Origin: Oikopleura dioica | Taxonomy: Eukaryota; Animalia; Chordata | DNA length: 64,000 bases | Assembly: GCA_907165135.1 (NCBI GenBank) | Contig: OU015567.1 | Location: 1,736,001 to 1,800,000, forward strand | Direction of reading: 5' to 3' | Shown: positions 59,497 to 64,000 of the stretch, one piece after another | How the letters are laid out: each line of letters begins with the position of its first letter | How positions within the stretch are numbered: the stretch's first letter is position 1 | Made by a program: the position numbers and the translations under genes | Notes under the pieces: model-generated | The model's database searches: none | What the model was told of the DNA's origin: nothing | What the model saw: only the letters and a program-made list of their open reading frames with translations

Positions 59497-62400
59497 TCTA
59501 GTTCGGCCAATCAGAGTCAGGGCGAAGCCGACCCGAAGGGGAGGCCAAGCCCGATTTCTCTTTTCAATCAGTGTCAGGGCGAAGCCGACCCGAAGGGGAG
59601 GCCACGCCCGTTTATTCGTTTCAATCAGAGTCAGGGCGAAGCCGACCCGAAGGGGAGGCCACGCCCGATTATTCTTTTCAATCAGAGTCAGGGCGAAGCC
59701 GACCCGAAGGGGAGGCCAAGCCCGATTATTCTTTTCAATCAGAGTCAGGGCGAAGCCGACCCGAAGGGGAGGCCACGCCCGATTATACTTTTCAATCAGA
59801 GACAGGGCGAAGTCGAACCGAAGGGGGGGCCACGCCCGTTTATTCTTTTAAACCAGTGTCAGGGCGAAGCCGACCCGAATGGGAGGCCAAGCCTGATTAT
59901 TCTTTTCAATCAGAGTCAGGGCGAAGCCGACCCGAAGGGAAGGCCACGCCCGATAATTCTTTTCAATCAGAGTCAGGGCGAAGCCGACCCGAAGGGGAGG
60001 CCACGCCCGATTATACTTTTCAATCAGAGACAGGGCGAGGCCGACCCGAAGGGGAGGCCACGCCCGATTATTCTTTTAAACCAGTGTCAGGGCGAAGCCG
60101 ACCCGAAGGGGAGGCCAAGCCCGATTTCTCTTTTCAATCAGAGTCAGGGCGAAGCCGACCGGAAGGGGAGGCCACGCCCGATTATTCTTTTCAATCAGAG
60201 TCAGGGCGAAGCCGACCCGAAGGGGAGGCCACGCCCGTTTATTCTTTTCAATCAGAGTCAGGGCGAAGCCGACCCGAAGGGGAGGCCACGCCCGTTTATT
60301 CTTTTCAATCAGAGTCAGAGCGAAGCCGACCCGAAGGGGAGGCCACGCCCGATTATTCTTTTAATCAGAGTCAGGGCGAAGCCGACCCGAAGGGAAGGCC
60401 ACGCCCGATAATTCTTTTCAATCAGAGTCAGGGCGAAGCCGACCCGAAGGGGAGGCCACGCCCGATTATACTTTTCAATCAGAGACAGGGCGAGGCCGAC
60501 CCGAAGGGGAGGCCACGCCCGATTATTCTTTTCAATCAGAGTCAGGGCGAAGCCGACCCGAAGGGGAGGCCACGCCCGATTATTCTTTTCAATCAGAGTC
60601 AGGGCGAAGTCGACCCGAAGGGGAGGCCACGCCCGGTTATTCTTTTAAACCAGTGTCAGGGCGAAGCCGACCCGAAGGGGAGGCCAAGCCCGATTTCTCT
60701 TTTCAATCAGAGTCAGGGCGAAGCCGACCGGAAGGGGAGGCCACGCCCGATTATTCTTTTCAATCAGAGTCAGGGCGAAGCCGACCCGAAGGGGAGGCCA
60801 CGCCCGTTTATTCTTTTCAATCAGAGTCAGGGCGAAGCCGACCCGAAGGGGAGGCCACGCCCGTTTATTCTTTTCAATCAGAGTCAGAGCGAAGCCGACC
60901 CGAAGGGGAGGCCACGCCCGATTATTCTTTTAATCAGAGTCAGGGCGAAGCCGACCCGAAGGGAAGGCCACGCCCGATAATTCTTTTCAATCAGAGTCAG
61001 GGCGAAGCCGACCCGAAGGGGAGGCCACGCCCGATTATACTTTTCAATCAGAGACAGGGCGAGGCCGACCCGAAGGGGAGGCCACGCCCGATTATTCTTT
61101 TCAAGCAGAGTCAGGGCGAAGCCGACCCGAAGGGGAGGCCACGCCCGATTATTCTTTTCAATCAGAGTCAGGGCGAAGTCGACCCGAAGGGGAGGCCACG
61201 CCCGTTTATTCTTTTAAACCAGTGTCAGGGCGAAGCCGACCCGAAGGGGAGGCCACGCCCGATTATTCTTTTCAATCAGAGTCAGGGCGAAGCCGACCCG
61301 AAGGGGAGGCCACGCCCGTTTATTCTTTTCAATCAGAGTCAGGGCGAAGCCGACCCGAAGGGGAGGCCAGGCCCGATTATACTTTTCAATCAGAGACAGG
61401 GCGAGGCCGACCCGAAGGGGAGGCCACGGCCGTTTATTCTTTTCAATCAGAGTCAGGGCGAAGCCGACCCGAAGGGGAGGCCAAGCCCGATTTCTCTTTT
61501 CAATCAGAGTCAGGGCGAAGCCGATCCGAAGGGAGGCCACGCCCGATTATTCTTTGAATCAGAGTCATGGCGAAGCCAACCCGAAGGGAAGGCCACGCCC
61601 GATTATTCTTTTCAATCAGAGTCAGGGCGAAGCCGACCCGAAGGGGAGGCCACGCCCGATTATTCTTTTCAATCAGAGTCATGGCGAAGCCGACCCGAAG
61701 GGGAGGCCACGCCCGATTATTCTCTTCAATCAGAGTCATGGCGAAGCCGACCCGAAGGGGAGGCCACGCCCGATTATTCTTTTCAATCAGAGTCAGGGCG
61801 AAGCCGACCCGAAGGGGAGGCCACGCCCGATTATTCTTTTCAATCAGAGTCAGGGCGAAGCCGACCCGAAGGGGAGGCCACGCCCGATTATTCTTTTCAA
61901 TCAGAGTCATGGCGAAGCCGACCCGAAGGGGAGGCCACGCCCGATTATTCTCTTCAATCAGAGTCATGGCGAAGCCGACCCGAAGGGGAGGCCACGCCCG
62001 ATTTCTCTTTTCAATCAGAGTCAGGGCGAAGCCGACCCGAAGGGGAGGCCACGCCCGATTATTCTTTTCAATCAGAGTCATGGCGAAGCCGACCCGAAGG
62101 GGAGGCCACGCCCGATTATTCTTTTCAATCAGAGTCAGGGCGAAGCCGACCCGAAGGGGAGGCCACGCCCGATTATTCTTTTCAATCAGAGTCATGGCGA
62201 AGCCGACCCGAAGGGGAGGCCACGCCCGATTATTCTTTTCAATCAGAGTCAGGGCGAAGCCGACCCGAAGGGGAGGCCACGCCCGATTATTCTTTTCAAT
62301 CAGAGTCATGGCGAAGCCGACCCGAAGGGGAGGCCACGCCCGATTATTCTTTTCAATCAGAGTCAGGGCGAAGCCGACCCGAAGGGGAGGCCACGCCCGT

Positions 62401-64000
62401 TCATTTTTTTAAACCAGTGTAAGTGCGGAGCCGACCCGAAGCGACTCTGACTGACAAGAATAATCGGGCGTGGCCTCCCTTCGGGACGGCTTCGCCCTGA
62501 CTCTGATTGAAAAGAATAATCCGGCTTGGCCTCCCTTCGGGTCGGCTTCGCCCTGACTCTGATTGAAAAGAATTATCGGGCGTGGCCTCCCCTTCGGGTC
62601 GGCTTCGCCCTGACTCTGATTAAAAGAATAATCGGGCGTGGCCTCCCCTTCGGGTCGGCTTCGCCCTGACTCTGATTGAAAAGAGAAATCGGGCGTGGCC
62701 TCCCCTTCGGGTCGGCTTCGCCCTGACACTGGTTTAAAAGAATAAACGGGCTTGGCCTCCCCTTCAGGTCGGCTTCGCCATGACTCTGATTGAAAAGAAT
62801 AATCGGGCTTGGCCTCCCCTTCGGGTCGGCTTCGCCCTGACTCTGATTGAAAAGAATTATCGGGCGTGGCCTTCCCTTCGGGTCGGCTTTGCCCTGACTC
62901 TGATTGAAAAGAATAATCGGGCGTGGCCTCCCCTTCGGGTCGGCTTCGCTCTGACTCTGATTGAAAAGAATAAACGGGCGTGGCCTCCCCTTCGGGTCGG
63001 CTTCGCCCTGACTCTGATTGAAAAGAATAATCGGGCGTGGCCTCCCCTTCCGGTCGGCTTCGCCCTGACTCTGATTGAAAAAAGAAATCGGGCTTGGCCT
63101 CCCCTTCGGGTCGGCTTCGCCCTGACACTGGTTTAAAAGAATAAACGGGCGTGGCCTCCCCTTCGGGTCGACTTCGCCCTGACTCTGATTGAAAAGAATT
63201 ATCGGGCGTGGCCTCCCCTTCGGGTTGGCTTCGCCCTGACTCTGATTGAAAAGAATAATCGGGCCTGGCCTCCCCTTCGGGTCGGCTTCGCCCTGACTCT
63301 GATTGAAAAGAATAAACGGCCGTGGCCTCCCCTTCGGGTCGGCCTCGCCCTGTCTCAGATTGAAAAGTATAATCGGGCCTGGCCTCCCCTTCGGGTCGGC
63401 TTCGCCCTGACTCTGATTGAAAAGAATAATCGGGCGTGGCCTCCCCTTCGGGTCGGCTTCGCCCTGACTCTGATTGAAAAGAATAATCGGGCGTGGCCTC
63501 CCCTTCGGGTCGGCTTCGCCCTGACTCTGATTGAAAAGAATAATAGGGCGTGGCCTCCCCTTCGGGTCGGCTTCGCCCTGACTCTGATTGAAAAGAATAA
63601 TCGGGCTTGGCCTCCCATTCGGGTCGGCTTCGCCCTGACACTGGTTTAAAAGAATAAACGGGCGTGGCCTCCCCTTCGGTTCGACTTCGCCCTGACTCTG
63701 ATTGAAAAGAATAATCAGGCGTGGCCTCCCCTTCGGGTCGGCTTCGCCCTGACTCTGATTGAAAAGAATAATCGGGCTTGGCCTCCCCTTCGGGTCGGCT
63801 TCGCCCTGACTCTGATTGAAAAGAATAATCGGGCGTGGCCTCCCCTTCGGGTCGGCTTCGCCCTGACTCTGATTGAAAAGAATAAACGGGCGTGGCCTCC
63901 CCTTCGGGTCGGCTTCGCCCTGACTCTGATTGAAAAGAGAAATCGGGCTTGGCCTCCCCTTCGGGTCGGCTTCGCCCTGACTCTGATTGGCCGAACTAGA
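59497..64000. repeat. Foldback array of a 57-bp minisatellite: forward arm 59509-62441 (about 51 units), inverted arm 62443-63988 (about 27 units)
   Basis: Unit AATCAGAGTCAGGGCGAAGCCGACCCGAAGGGGAGGCCACGCCCGATTATTCTTTTC. The unique flank TCTAGTTCGGCC is mirrored at the window end as GGCCGAACTAGA. Confidence 0.95.

Noticed and set aside
59473-63641. Long repetitive ORFs (up to 589 aa) in several frames
   Set aside because: The unit length of 57 is a multiple of 3 and lacks stops in four frames. The overlapping ORFs are a by-product of the satellite, with no evidence of coding selection.
59509-63988. CRISPR-like regular array
   Set aside because: There are no unique spacers and no cas genes, and the context is eukaryotic.
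62443-63988. Satellite hammerhead ribozyme (CTGATTGAAA resembles the core)
   Set aside because: It does not fit CUGANGA...GAAA...UH with three closing stems.

Overview
Eukaryotic, gene-dense window with very short introns (about 30-60 nt). This is most consistent with the larvacean tunicate Oikopleura (inference from architecture only). Host genes: alpha-carbonic anhydrase, an Ig-domain receptor tyrosine kinase, a tandem pair of 50-aa secreted peptides missed by the ORF track, a KRAP/WH2 Cobl-like actin regulator, a CUB-TM protein, BRWD/PHIP, an LDLa-TSP1-TM protein, a DUSP, SPRING1, ADRM1, CNTD1, FBXL2/20, an MPP-type MAGUK, a caspase-fold protein lacking the catalytic His, and a Thr-rich LRR protein. 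Mobile DNA is abundant and recent. The main element is a 7.48-kb Ty3/gypsy LTR retrotransposon with apparently identical 470-bp LTRs and unusual organisation: a CCCH (not CCHC) zinc finger in Gag, an in-frame UGA-CUA gag/pol junction, a leader splice donor, a second polypurine tract and a non-Env third ORF. There are at least seven non-autonomous TIR elements, two of them inside coding exons. The window ends in a >=4.5-kb foldback structure built from a 57-bp hairpin minisatellite. Boundaries of spliced genes are approximate and were read by eye.
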